From positions 1,178,001 through 1,242,000 of the forward strand of contig JBODTK010000013.1 in NCBI GenBank assembly GCA_050613775.1: 64,000 nucleotides of DNA, given 5' to 3'. Below, piece after piece: positions 8,677 through 21,015 of the stretch. Below the pieces are notes generated by a model. The model saw only the letters and a program-made list of their open reading frames with translations, did not search any database and had not been told where the DNA came from. The first letter of the stretch is position 1. Each line of letters opens with the position of its first letter. The position numbers and the translations under genes were made by a program. Source of the DNA: Neocallimastix sp. 'constans' (Eukaryota).

Positions 8677-11600
8677 TTATAATCTAGAAGGAACTCTATT
8701 TGTTTTATTGAACTCTTGAACTAATTGAGGATCAGTGATTTCATCTTCAGACAACCAAGTACATTCAGTAGCTGGAAGTCCTTTCCATAACATAAAGTAA
8801 AAAGGTTTATTGTTAACAACTTTAGCGGCAACAATCTTCAAAGGTTCCTTTCCTTCAGTATCAGTAGCGATCGAAGTAATTCGAGTAATAGAACTTGAAC
8901 TTGATTCATTAAATTCTCTTTCATTGTAAGGTTCTAGATTTGAAATATGGAAAACATTATGGCATTTAATAGTATCAGGTAATTCTAATTTATAAGAAAC
9001 AGGGCCTGTTTTTTCAATAATTTTAAAAGGACCGAGTTTTCTATTTGTTAACTTAGCTGGACCTTTAGGAAGCAAATCGGGTCTTTTAAGCCATACTAAA
9101 TTACCTACTTTGAGTTTAGGACCGATTAGTCTTAAACAATCAGCATATTTCTTATATCTTGCTTTAGCTTTTTCTAAGTTCTTCTTCAAAAATTCCATAT
9201 TCTTTTGAATTTGATTAGCATGATTTGTAGCACTAGAATTTCTACTATCAGCAGGTATAGCTGGGTTAAACTTAGGATTAAAACCAAAATTAGCAAAAAA
9301 TGGGCTTTGATTAATTGATTGATGTAACGTGTTGTTATAAGCAAATTCAGCATAAGGTAAAATATCTATCCAATTATTTTTTCTTTTATTGATATAACAT
9401 CTTAAGAATTGTTCTAAGATTCCATTTACTCTTTCAGTTTGTCCATCGGTTTGGGGGTGATGTGCACTTGATAAGTTATGATTAATATCTAATAAACTAC
9501 AAAGTCTTTGCCAGAATTCAGAGGTGAATTGAGATCCTCTATCGGAAGTAATATCTTCTGGTAATCCGTGTAGACGAAAAACTTCTCTAAAAAATACATC
9601 AGCAGCGATTTGAGCAGTAGGTATACTTCTAAATGGAATAAAGTGAGCCATCTTTGTTAATCTATCAACTACGACCATTATAACTGTTTTGTCTCTTGAC
9701 TTAGGTAAATCAGTTATAAAATCCATTGAGACTGAGGACCATGGTCTTTTTGGAGTAGGAAGAGGTTGAAGTAATCCATAAGGACGGTGGCGATCATCTT
9801 TTACTTGAGCACATGTTTTGCATGATGCGATATACTTAACAATATCGGAAGTCATCTTAAACCAAACAAAATTTCTACTTATAATTTCTTTGGTTTTGAG
9901 AATACCAAAATGACCTTGAACTGGATTATCATGATGAATAGCAATGATAATATTTCTCATCTTCTTTGGAACGAAAATTAAACCCTTATATAATAATAAA
10001 CCTTCTTCGTCAATAGTAAAGTCTTTCATTTTATTTTTATATTTATTATTAGAAGTAGATTCTCCTTTTTTGATCTTGATTAATTCTTGTATGACTTCAT
10101 CATCTTTAATTTCTTTTATCAATTCATCTTTTAAGTTCCCTTGAATTGCAACTAAACATAAATCTTCTGTAGCTTCTTGTATTGTAAGACAAGTTGAAGT
10201 TTCTTTTTCATCATCTATTTCTTGATTTTCATAATCTGGTCTTCTCGAAAAAGTATCTGGTTTTCCACCTTCTTTTCCTGGTCTATATTGTATTTTGTAA
10301 TCAAATCGAGATAAGAATAAGTTCCATCTTATTTGACGTTGAGATAACAACTCAGGTTTACGTGGAAAAGTTAAATTTTTATGATCGGTATAAATTGTAA
10401 ATTGATGCTTAGCCCCTTCTAAGTAATGTCTCCATTCTTGTAACGCACACTTGACAGCTAATAATTCCTTGTCATATATTGGATAATTCTTTTCAGATTT
10501 TGTTAAACCTCTTGAATAATAACAAATTGGATGTAATGCGTTTGTATATTTTTGTCTTTGAGATAACACAGCACCGATTGCAAAATTACTTGCATCTGTC
10601 TCTACTATAAACGGTAATTCTGGATCTGCATGAACAAGTATTGGTTCTTTTGTAAAGAGTTTCTTTAAAGTTTCGAATGCGACAGAACATTCTTCAGTCC
10701 ATTCATATTTAACATCTTTTCTTGTTAAGTTGTGTAACGGCTTAGCAATTTTAGCAAAGTTTGGGATGAATCTTCTGTAATAATTACATAAGCCTACGAA
10801 AGATTGTACTTCCTTCACGGTAGTTGGTACTGGCCATTCTAAAATCGATTTAACTTTGTCTGGATCCATAGAAATTCCTTTATCCGAAATAATATGTCCT
10901 AAAAAAGTTGTTTTTTGAACTTCAAATTCACATTTACTTAATTTTGCATAAAGACCACTTTCTTGTAATTTCTTAAGTATTTTCTTAACATGTGTACGGT
11001 GTTCTTCTAATGTCTCAGAATAAATAAGTATATCATCGATATAGGCAAAAGCAAATTCATCTAAGTATTCTCCTAAAACGTCATTAATAAAGTGTTGGAA
11101 AGTTGCTGGAGCATTCTTCAAACCAAATGGCATAACAAGATATTCGAAATGACCATATCTTGTTCGAAATGCTGTTTTATATTCATCACCTTCACGTATT
11201 CTTACCAGGTTATAAGCTGATTTTAAATCTAACTTAGTAAAATACTTAGCTTCTCTCAATCTGTCAAAAAGCTCGGTGATTAAAGGGAGTGGATAGGAAT
11301 CCCTTATAGTATTTTCATTAAGTCTTCGATAATCGACACAAAGTCTTAAACTTCCATCCTTTTTTCTAACGAATAGAATTGGAGCACCAGCAGGAGATGT
11401 TGAAGGTCTAATGAAGCCTTTTTCTAAATTTTCTTTGATATATTCTTTTAAAGCTTCACGTTCTTCTTCCGTTAATGGATATAATGGTCCATAAAATAAG
11501 TCTACATCATCCTTTAATCTAATTTTACAGTCGTATGGACGATGTGGTGGTAATTCGTTACACTCTTGTTCATCAAACACATTTTTAAATTTCTCATATT

Positions 11601-13245
11601 GTTTTGGTATTCTTTCCAAACTTTTATTTTCTTTAACACTTTCATTATTATAATCACATTTAATAACACTTTTATCTTTATTTTCATTTTTTAAAACATA
11701 ACAGAAAGCATAATTTTCAAATTTTCCTTTATTTAATTCTTTTCTTTTAATACATTTTTCTTTTTTAACTAAAGCTTTTTTCATAATAGCCTTTATATTA
11801 CGTGATTTTTTACTACATAATTTATTTTTAATATCGACTAATTTTTTAACATCATTATTATCTAAACTATCTAATACATTATTATAATTATTAATAATTT
11901 CTCTAGCTAATTGTATCTTACTTCGGCGGATTTCATCTTTTTTCTTCTTTTCTTCAGTTGTTCTTCTCATAATATCTTCAGCGGTGGCACAACAATTTCT
12001 CTTGCAGTATTGGGAACTGAATCTGATATTACCTTTATCAAATTCAATTGTTGGGCAATGCTTCTTCAACCATGGATTTCCTAAAATAACCGAAATTCCT
12101 TTTGGTAAACTATAAATGTAAAATTGAATGGTTTCGATATGTTGACCCATGACCATAGTTAATGGAATGGTTTCATAACGAATTGTTCCATTTCCGTTAA
12201 ATCCGATAACGTTTTTCTCATGGCGGATTCGTTGTACTGGGATCTGGTATTTATCGGCGGTAGCTCTATCCATAATATTAAGATCTGAGCCAGTATCTAG
12301 AATTGCGGACATAATAAAACCATTTTTGTACTTAAAAACAACATTGTAAGTGTGGGCTAAACTTTTCTCACTCAATTTAATCTGTAAGATCTTTTCTCTT
12401 CTTCTAATTTTGTCCTTTTGCTTGGGACAGTTTTCCTTTAAGTGGCTTGTGCTCTTACATATAAAACACTTCTTCGGTTTGTTTGACCTCTTTGGTGAAG
12501 ACTCCCTGTAATTTTGGCTACTTCGGTAATTATTTTGGTAACGACTTGATCCTAAATCCCTACGAAAAGGTCTAATTCTTCTTTGATCTATATCCATTGG
12601 GTCATTTCCGTTAACACGACGATCTTCTTCAGCATTAGCAGCTACAACATTAATTAGTTCATTAATTCTTCTAATTCTAGGATAAATTAGTTTGGTTCTT
12701 TCTTTTTCTCTTGTTGGTAAACCCTCAATGAAAAAATGGATTTTAGCTTCGTCATTAAATGATGAATCTCTGGCTATTTTCTCGAACTGATTGCAGTATT
12801 CGGCTATTGTTCTAAATTGTTGGCTACGTATCTTGGTAAGTCGGCTGTTCGCGACATCTGAACTCGCACAGGATTTGTAACGTTGTTGCAAAGCGTCAAT
12901 AAAATTCTCGTAATTTTCCAATAGTGGACTTTCTTCTTTAACTAGATCAGCAAACCATTCAGCAGCGTTTCCCTCCAAATAACTACTTATAATATCAATC
13001 TTGAATTCGTCATCAGCAGCAGCTTCTTCGTCTAAATTGTACTTAAAATATCGGTTGATTTGACCAAGGAAGGCTGGTAGTTCGTTTCTTCTTCCGGAGA
13101 ATGCTTTTGGTTTCGGAATGAGGCGTGCCCTGGTATTGACGTTATTACCAACCTCATTTTCTATTTCCATGGAGCTGGCTTCAGAGGCTGCGTCAAAGTC
13201 TCCCCTAGCTCCTGGATGTTGATTGTTGACATTTATGTAATTCAT
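8677..13245 (-). CDS. Gag-Pol polyprotein of element B (Gag, CCHC, PR, RT, RNaseH, IN, chromodomain)
   Basis: CFICKSTSHLKENC, ILDTGS, LDLKSAY, YIDD, TDAS/DKELLA, HHCC, SMDFI/SDRG/QTERVN, GPF, C-terminal chromodomain-like WKGLP..CTW. First ATG at 13245 preferred over the GTG at 13302. Confidence 0.96.
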   Translation of the reverse strand: MNYINVNNQHPGARGDFDAASEASSMEIENEVGNNVNTRARLIPKPKAFSGRRNELPAFLGQINRYFKYNLDEEAAADDEFKIDIISSYLEGNAAEWFADLVKEESPLLENYENFIDALQQRYKSCASSDVANSRLTKIRSQQFRTIAEYCNQFEKIARDSSFNDEAKIHFFIEGLPTREKERTKLIYPRIRRINELINVVAANAEEDRRVNGNDPMDIDQRRIRPFRRDLGSSRYQNNYRSSQNYRESSPKRSNKPKKCFICKSTSHLKENCPKQKDKIRRREKILQIKLSEKSLAHTYNVVFKYKNGFIMSAILDTGSDLNIMDRATADKYQIPVQRIRHEKNVIGFNGNGTIRYETIPLTMVMGQHIETIQFYIYSLPKGISVILGNPWLKKHCPTIEFDKGNIRFSSQYCKRNCCATAEDIMRRTTEEKKKKDEIRRSKIQLAREIINNYNNVLDSLDNNDVKKLVDIKNKLCSKKSRNIKAIMKKALVKKEKCIKRKELNKGKFENYAFCYVLKNENKDKSVIKCDYNNESVKENKSLERIPKQYEKFKNVFDEQECNELPPHRPYDCKIRLKDDVDLFYGPLYPLTEEEREALKEYIKENLEKGFIRPSTSPAGAPILFVRKKDGSLRLCVDYRRLNENTIRDSYPLPLITELFDRLREAKYFTKLDLKSAYNLVRIREGDEYKTAFRTRYGHFEYLVMPFGLKNAPATFQHFINDVLGEYLDEFAFAYIDDILIYSETLEEHRTHVKKILKKLQESGLYAKLSKCEFEVQKTTFLGHIISDKGISMDPDKVKSILEWPVPTTVKEVQSFVGLCNYYRRFIPNFAKIAKPLHNLTRKDVKYEWTEECSVAFETLKKLFTKEPILVHADPELPFIVETDASNFAIGAVLSQRQKYTNALHPICYYSRGLTKSEKNYPIYDKELLAVKCALQEWRHYLEGAKHQFTIYTDHKNLTFPRKPELLSQRQIRWNLFLSRFDYKIQYRPGKEGGKPDTFSRRPDYENQEIDDEKETSTCLTIQEATEDLCLVAIQGNLKDELIKEIKDDEVIQELIKIKKGESTSNNKYKNKMKDFTIDEEGLLLYKGLIFVPKKMRNIIIAIHHDNPVQGHFGILKTKEIISRNFVWFKMTSDIVKYIASCKTCAQVKDDRHRPYGLLQPLPTPKRPWSSVSMDFITDLPKSRDKTVIMVVVDRLTKMAHFIPFRSIPTAQIAADVFFREVFRLHGLPEDITSDRGSQFTSEFWQRLCSLLDINHNLSSAHHPQTDGQTERVNGILEQFLRCYINKRKNNWIDILPYAEFAYNNTLHQSINQSPFFANFGFNPKFNPAIPADSRNSSATNHANQIQKNMEFLKKNLEKAKARYKKYADCLRLIGPKLKVGNLVWLKRPDLLPKGPAKLTNRKLGPFKIIEKTGPVSYKLELPDTIKCHNVFHISNLEPYNEREFNESSSSSITRITSIATDTEGKEPLKIVAAKVVNNKPFYFMLWKGLPATECTWLSEDEITDPQLVQEFNKTNRVPSRL

Positions 13246-13389
13246 CTTATTATTATTATTTATTAAACTATAAATTAAACTATAAAGTATTACTAAATCC
13301 ACTTTTTAATTATTATTTCAAAAAAAAAAAAAAATTTTTATACTATTACTAGTCTATCCTACACAAAGGTAAACTATACTAATCTAACG

Positions 13390-13400
13390 AGTTGGAAAAT
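13390..13400 (-). promoter_or_regulatory. Self-priming (Tf1/sushi-type) 11-nt PBS of element B
   Basis: Plus-strand AGTTGGAAAAT abuts the 5' LTR and is the perfect reverse complement of ATTTTCCAACT at 13809-13819, about 30 nt downstream of the minus-strand TATAAAAA (~13846-13853). Confidence 0.85.
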
Positions 13401-14345
13401 TGTAAAATAAAATAATAGCTTAGGTCGGTGTGGACAGACTATTTTATTTTACACAATTTATTTTATATTAACACTATAATTAATTATTAACTAAAACACT
13501 AAAGCTAAAAAACTAATTTAATTTTTTGTTTCATAAAAAAAATCCTTTTATTGATATTTCTTATTTGTTGAATTTAACTGTTCTAAAATCAACAATCACT
13601 TAACTGGGTACCGTAGGGTCCTTTACCGGAAAGCCTACTAGCAGTTAAGATTTTAAAATAAAATTTAAAATAAAATTTGTTTTATAAAAAAAATAACTAT
13701 TCTAATAATAGTTATAATACTAATTATTAAAATATAAAATTTATACTATTCTAAACTATACTAAACTATACTATTTTCTATACTATTTTCTATACTATTT
13801 TCTATACTATTTTCCAACTATCGTTCAATAGTTGAAAATTAACTCTTTTTATACTTTTTGAAAATTAAAATTTAAATTGAATAAATTGTAATAAACTAAC
13901 TAAAATATTATTATATATTTGTAATTACATTTAATAATAAATTACATGAATTTTTATGAATTATTTTAATATAAAAACTATTTAAAACTATCTAATATTT
14001 CTAAAAATAAATAAACAAAACGGCAAGTTTTTGTAAACAAACGGAAAAGGCAATTTTTCTTTGATTATTTTAATTTAACTAATTTATGACTAATTATTTT
14101 TAATTTACAAGTTTCATGACTAATTATTTTTAATTTACAAAGTTTCATGATTCAAAGTGAGTAATAATGATGTAAATTCTCCAAATAATTTAGTCATACA
14201 TTTTTGAGAAAATTATTTAAATTAATAATTTGGAATACATTTAAATTTATATTAAAAATTTGGAAAACATTTTTATCCACAATAATTACAATAATTTACA
14301 TTACATTACATTTAAATACGTATTCAAATTATTAAATATTTTACA
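13401..14345 (-). repeat. 5' LTR of element B
   Basis: Direct repeat of 7699-8643. Confidence 0.96.
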
Positions 14346-14347
14346 CA

Positions 14348-14991
14348 TGTAACGAAATCTTCAGTTAGTAAAATTAGAACTTTGGTTCAATGGTTAGTTA
14401 CATTGACCATGACCAATACTTCATGGGTTCGACTCACACCTCAACCCATTTTGCATAAATAATTATTTTATTAATTATTTTATTAATTATTAATAATATC
14501 TTTTTGAATATTCTTTCTGTATAAAATTATAGAAAGTTAAAGATTCTTTCGGTTTGTAATTTAACCGAAATGAATTTAGAAATTCTTATTATATAAATTA
14601 TTTTATTCTTTTTTGATAAGATTCATTTTCATCAATTAAAATCTATATTCTAGAAACTTTACATTATTAATTATTACAAACATATTTCTAAATATTTCTT
14701 TAAAATTATTTTTACATGTTAAAACTGTTTTTCCGTTAAAAGTATAAATAGTGCGAACTTCACGAATGAAAATATTTTTCTTCGTGCTTTTATTAATAAT
14801 AATTAACGTATAAGTAATTCGAAATATTACCTTGTTGATTAATATTAATAATTATTTTAAATTTTATAATTAATAAAAAATATTTCTAATAAAACGAATT
14901 ATTTATACAGATAGTGTAAATCTATTGAGTTTTCTCCTTTCTGTGTTTCTATATCTCATCCCGCCTTTACAATAGAAGCACCTCCGTTACA
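14348..14991 (+). repeat. 3' LTR of element A (644 bp)
   Basis: TGTAACG...CGTTACA; direct repeat of 2507-3136. Confidence 0.95.
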
Positions 14992-15241
14992 CTTAGATGC
15001 ATGTGAAAATTTGAAGAAAAATAATCAATATTGGACTCAAAGAAAAGAACAAGAAACTCGTTTTAATAAACAAAATGAAATAAATGTTGGAGATCTAGTT
15101 AAAGTCAAAAATTTTACAAGACATAAGTTGGAACCTTATTTTGTCGGACCCTATATAGTTATTAGGAAACAATTTAATACTGTTAGTTTAGAAGATCCTA
15201 ATTTAAAATTAAAATTAGAATCGAGTTATATCAATACATAG
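14992..15241 (+). pseudogene. C-terminal integrase fragment of an older Gypsy element into which A inserted
   Basis: INVGDLVKVKN...KLEPYFVGPYIVI is a GPY/F module; it begins abruptly at the end of A's LTR. Confidence 0.75.
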
Positions 15242-16669
15242 TTGAATTAAATACAAATAATATTAATATGTTTGACTTAATTAGTCCAACAATCAAACAT
15301 TTAAACAATACATTACCTTATATTATTTATATTTCTTATTTGTTTTATTACTAGTTTTTTCCTTTAAATTTTTATTTATTTATGTATTTATGTATTTATG
15401 TATTTATGTATTTATGTATTTATGTATTTATTTTAAATATTAACTAAATAGTGAAAAATTATTCTTTAAAAATTAAACACTAAATTTTATTTTATTTTAC
15501 TATATTTTAGAACACTTTATTATTAATTATATTAATAATGAATACTTTTTATATATACTTTTACATGGTAATACATATACTAATAAACGATTGAACCATA
15601 TCTGTATCACATTAACAATCAATCATATATTTATATGATCTAGCCATAATACATTAGATACACAAAATACAATACATAAATTATACATATATTTAATCTA
15701 ATACTTATACATAAAATATATTATTAATAGCTATAATTAATATTAAACTTTAATAAATAATTCATAATATTTTAACATTCCCCCTAAAGTTTAATATGGT
15801 TAAAACTTGGTAAGTATGGATTCTCTGAATTTAGTCATTAATGTATTATTGAGGTATTTAGTAAAACTATCAGCTAAGTTTACATTTGTCCTAATATGTT
15901 TCAGTCTTATATCACCCTTTATAATTAAGTCCCTAATATGGTGATATTTAATGTCAATATGTTTTGATTTAGGGTTTATTGTTTGATTGATACAATTCTG
16001 AATAGCAGCTTTATTATCTGTTTTTATTTCTGCATATTTTATGTTCATATTAAGTTCTTTAAAAATATTTTTATACCATAAACAATGTTTTGCACATTCA
16101 TCTATAGCATAATATTCGCTTTCCATAGTAGAAGTTGATACACAATTTTGTAGTTTTGAATACCAACTTGTTGGTGCTCCATTCATCATGATTATATACC
16201 CTGTTGTTGACTTCCTAGTTTCAGTGTCTCCGCCATAATCTGCGTCAACATAGATGTCAAATGTATTACTATTTTTAAATTTTAAACCATATCTAGAATT
16301 ACCTTTTAAATACCTGAAAATTTTTATAATATTAATCCAATCTTCTAAATTCGGATTACTTGTGCGTCTAGAAGCTTTATTAACAGCAAATAGTATATCC
16401 GGCCTAGTACATCCAGCTAAGTATAACAAACATCCTATAGTTTGCCTATATAGGTTATCATCAAACCTTCTTTTTCGTAATTCTTTATTTATTTTTAGCA
16501 CCATATTTGAACATGGTGTATATTTTTCAATATTAAATCTTTTTAAAATATCTTTAAGATATTTTTCTTGATGGATTAAGTAACCATCATTTTGTTTTTC
16601 AAATTTAAAACCTATCATATAATCTGCCTTACCTACATCAGTAATATTAAATTTACTTTTTATGCATTC

Positions 16670-17438
16670 TGTAAAGATATCTTTATATCTTTAATAAATT
16701 TATGTAATTCATTATTACATTAATTTATGTATGAAATTTTCTCCACGATATCTTGAATAAAATTATGTAATTTACATTAATTTATGAATTAAAGCGTATT
16801 TCAATAAATTTATGTAAACGAAAAATCATACATCAAATTTACGTACATGAATTAAATACTTTAAATAATTATTTCTCCTTAAATTAATAATTGAAATTTA
16901 AAATTATAAATTAGAACTTAAATTATTTAAATTTATATTTATTAAATATGAAATTAAATAATTTAGTCACAAAAAATTCGCCAAATCTGTTATTGTTAAA
17001 TTTTTATTTATTTAAATAGTATAGTTTAATATTATTAATAGTTTTTAGTTTAATTTTAAATTAGTTAAAATATTTAAATAGTTATAATAAAAAATAGTTA
17101 TAATAAAAAATAGTTAATTAGAAAATTATACTATAATTAGTTTTAGTTTAAATATTTTATTATTTTATAAAATTAATTATTATTAATATTTAAATTGAAT
17201 ATATGTAAATTAAATTAATTTAATATATTAGAATATAATTAAGAAAAAATATAAATATTGTAAATTTTCTTTAATTGAAAAAATGTAATTGTTATTTTTT
17301 ATTATTTGATAGTTCATAACATAATAAGAACTATTTAATAAAAGATTTTTAATAAACCAAATATTTTTAATAAAAAGAATTTATTTAATATAGTGTTTTT
17401 GTATTATTATAATCTGTTTTATCATAAAACACTTTATA
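16670..17438 (+). mobile_element. Solo LTR (769 bp) inserted in the RT of element C
   Basis: TGTAAAG...CTTTATA flanked by TSD CATTC (16665-16669, 17439-17443). Removal restores KAKECIKSKFNITDVG. Strand inferred. Confidence 0.85.
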
Positions 17439-20311
17439 CATTCTTTAGCTTTTAATATTTCATCTTTAATACCGGTTATGAGAATATCATCTACATAAAC
17501 AGCCAATAAGCAAGTTACATTACCTTCTCTATTCTTTTTCACATAAACGCATGGTTCACTTTTTAATCTAATGAAGTTGAATTCTGTCATCACTTCATTA
17601 AATGTATTATTCCAGGCACGTCCAGTTTGCTTCAGTCCATAGAGAGCTTTATTCAGTTTCCAATATTTTTTCTTATAATTATCATCTCCTTCTGATGCTT
17701 CCATGTATATTTCTTCTTCCAAGTCAGCATTTAAGTATGCTGCTTTCACATCTAATTGATGTATTTCGTAATTATTTTGCGCGGCATAAGCTGATAATAT
17801 TCTTAAGGAATCTTGTCTAAGTGTTGGAGAGAAGGTATATGTATAGTCCATACCTTCTATTTGAGTAAACCCGCGAGCAACAAGTCTAGCTTTTCTTTTT
17901 ATTATGTTTCCTTGAGAATCTCGTTTATAAGTAAATACCCACCGTGTAGTTATTATATTTGCATTGGAAGGAACTTTATTTACTAATTTGTACACTTTTA
18001 GGCTTCTCATATTCTCCAATTCATTATTTACTGCTTTTAACCATTCTAATTTGTCCCTTTTGTTATAAATATCATTAAATTGTTGTGGTTCTCTTAATTC
18101 TAATTCTGAATAATATGTTACCTTTTTAATTATTTCGGCTGAATTTAGGTATTTTGATTTTTTAGTTATATTTTCATTTATACCTGTAGACTTTCTTTTC
18201 TTTGAGTATTGTGACTTATTTATATTATTGTTTCCATAATTCTCATTTAAAATTAAATTTTCCAATTGATTATTTTTATTTAAATTTAATTTATTTGAAA
18301 TATTTTTTATGTCATCATCATTGTCAATATTATTAAGATTACTTAAATTATGTTCATTTGTAATTTTTTTGTTATTATCATTATTTTTATTATTTAAATT
18401 GTATTTTATATTTTCATTTTTATTTTGGTTATTCTCAATTAAATTTATCTTATCTTAAATAATATTTTTAATATCCTCTGATTTTTCGCTTAATTTCAAC
18501 ACTTCATTTGAAATTTCATTATCATTTAATTTATATTTTCTTTGTTTACCCTTTGGTCACTTACATTCTCCTCATTACTTTTGTTCTGTGAAATATTTAC
18601 GTTTGAATTATAATTATCATTTTGATCATTTTTATTTTGAGTATTAAAGATTGAAAAAGAGTTTTGATCATTTGAATTGTCTAAATTATTTGAATTATTT
18701 AAATCTTTTAATTTTTCTTGTTCAGAATTTATTGTATAAATGTTAGGGTTAGGGTAATAATTATAATTATTTAAATTATTAAATTTTGGAAGTGGACAAT
18801 TTTGAATGTTTGGATCAAAATAAAATGGATATTGAAAAATTTGGAAAGGATTTATAAAATTATTAGGAGTGTTAGGATAAATATTATTTGGATAAAAATT
18901 ATTATTTGGATAAAAATTATTATTTGGATAAAAATTATTAAAATCTTGTAAATTATTTTCATTTAAATTATTATTATTATTATTATTATTGAATAAATTC
19001 AAATTGTTATTGGAGTTACATAAATTAAAATTATTATTGATATTGCTTGTGTTATAATTTGAACTAATATTCTTATCTAGAAGTGAATTATTAGTATTAT
19101 TATTATTGCTGTTATTATAACTGTCATTATTACTGGATACATCTTTTTTTTTTGTAAATATTATTTAAATCATATGAATTATCTTTATTGAAGTCCAAAT
19201 TATTATTATATTCATTCCCCCCGACTTCAGTAAAGTTGTAAAAATCAATAATATCAGGAGGAGACGAGGGAGAGGCAATATTACCAGGATGATTTTCCAG
19301 AAAAGAAACAGCTCTAGAAAGGATAATTTTATTATTGAGAGGATCGTAAATCTTGAAGGCCGTGTGGTTGACATCGTCGTATCCTAAGAATATACCTTGA
19401 AGAGTAGTGTCACTAAATTTCTTTCTAAATTGCTTGGGGACAAAGAAAAAAACTTTACATCCGAAAACTTTGAATTTATTTTAATCAACCTTGTTATTGT
19501 AAAGAATTTCAAATGGAACCTGATTATTGATACCTTTATGGGGTATTCTATTGTGTATATAATTAGATGTGTATACAGCATCTTCCCAAATCTCTGAGCA
19601 TAGCAGTGGCGGCAAATATGATAGTTCCATTGAAGCATTCAGAACGACCATTTTGTTGTGGGTTATAAGGAACTGTAAATTGTTGAATTATACCTTCTTT
19701 ATTACAGAAATTAGAAAAATTATTATTTTTAAATTCAGTTCCGTTATCAGAACGTATATATTTGATGTTTTTATTATGAATATTCTTGACTTTGTTATAC
19801 CAAATAGTGAAAGTATGAATATTTCACTTTTGGATTTTAGACAAAATACCCATCCGTATCGTGAGTAATCGTCAAGAATTGTAAGAATAAATTTATTTCC
19901 ATATATAGACGAATTAGGTACACTAATAGTATCCATGTGGATAAGCTCAAAGGATTCATTAGCTCTATTGATAGAGCTTTTATATGGTTTATTTCTAAAT
20001 TTTGAACGAAGGCACACTTCACATTTTTCATCAATCTTTATATTTTTTAATTTGTCTTTAATCATATCTATGTTGAAGTGCCCTAATCGACGATGCCATA
20101 ATTCCATATTGTCATCTAGTTGTGTAATACTGTTACAGATTTTTATATTTTTTTCATTGAATGATATTTTTTTAGTTGAAGTCCACAATTTATAAATTCT
20201 ATTTTTAGTGGACTTAATTGTGAATAATTTATTTCCTCTTTTATTATAAATAGGGGCAAGATTATTATTATTTTTATTATAAAAAATTGTTTTAAAATGT
20301 CTTTCACTAAG

Positions 20312-21015
20312 TGTAAAGATGTGATTATCCCAATCACATTTTAAATTAAAAATTTTTCTTGTGTAATTCAAAAATGTAAATTATTCTTTGATTTATAAAA
20401 TAATAAGCAAAGTAAATAAATCATATGAACTAAATTTTTGAATTATATTCTTTAAGCCACAAGTTAAATTTTTAATGTAATAATTTTTATAAAATTTAAT
20501 TCTGAGAAAATTATTGTTGTAAAATAATCTAAATGAATTAATTAAAGTTTAAAACAAAATAAATTAATAATTTATTTTGTGAAAATTAAGTTTCAAAATT
20601 TAATCATGACTCCTTTAACATTGTTTTTAAATCGAAAATAAATAAAGACTTTACTTATAATTTTAAAATAATAAATAGATAATAAATGTACTTAATTTTA
20701 ATTATTTAGTATTTAGTTTAATTAATAATTATATTTTTCTAAATTTAGTTATAGTTTATAAATTTATTATTTAATAAAATTCATTAGGATAGTTTTATAT
20801 TAAAATATATGTAATTTAAATAAAATAATATATTATCAATGTATTTAGGAAAAGTATAAATAGAAGATACTTTTCACATTTTTTCTCGATGTAATGTTAT
20901 TTTTAACAAATAACTATTAAATATTAATAAAATATATTTTAATAAAAAAATTTTTTAATAAAATAAAATCTATTGTATTTTGTTATTGTAATCTATTTTG
21001 GTGTTTTCTTTTACA
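20312..21015 (+). mobile_element. Solo LTR (704 bp) inserted between PR and IN of element C
   Basis: TGTAAAG...TTTTACA with TSD CTAAG (20307-20311, 21016-21020) and an internal GTATAAATAG. Removal restores LLSIDCLSERHFKT. Confidence 0.9.

Larger units (their letters stand above)
7699..14345 (-). mobile_element. Full-length, apparently intact Ty3/Gypsy chromovirus 'B'
   Basis: 945-bp LTRs (TGTAAAA...TTTTACA), 5-bp TSD CATGT (7694-7698, 14346-14350), PPT AGAGGGG next to the 3' LTR, single uninterrupted gag-pol ORF. Confidence 0.97.
2507..14991 (+). mobile_element. Ty3/Gypsy chromovirus 'A', non-autonomous (RT/RNaseH deleted), interrupted by element B
   Basis: Near-identical LTRs 2507-3136 and 14348-14991 (TGTAACG...CGTTACA), Gag-PR-partial IN-chromodomain ORF, PPT; right flank CTTAG. 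Confidence 0.93.

Noticed and set aside
13246..13302. GTG-initiated N-terminal extension of B Gag-Pol
   Set aside because: Low-complexity AT-rich sequence; eukaryotic initiation at the ATG at 13245 is more likely.
18526..19002. Separate Asn-rich gene
   Set aside because: It lies in the IN-RT linker of Copia C; D has a similar Asn-rich linker in frame, so it is part of the broken polyprotein.
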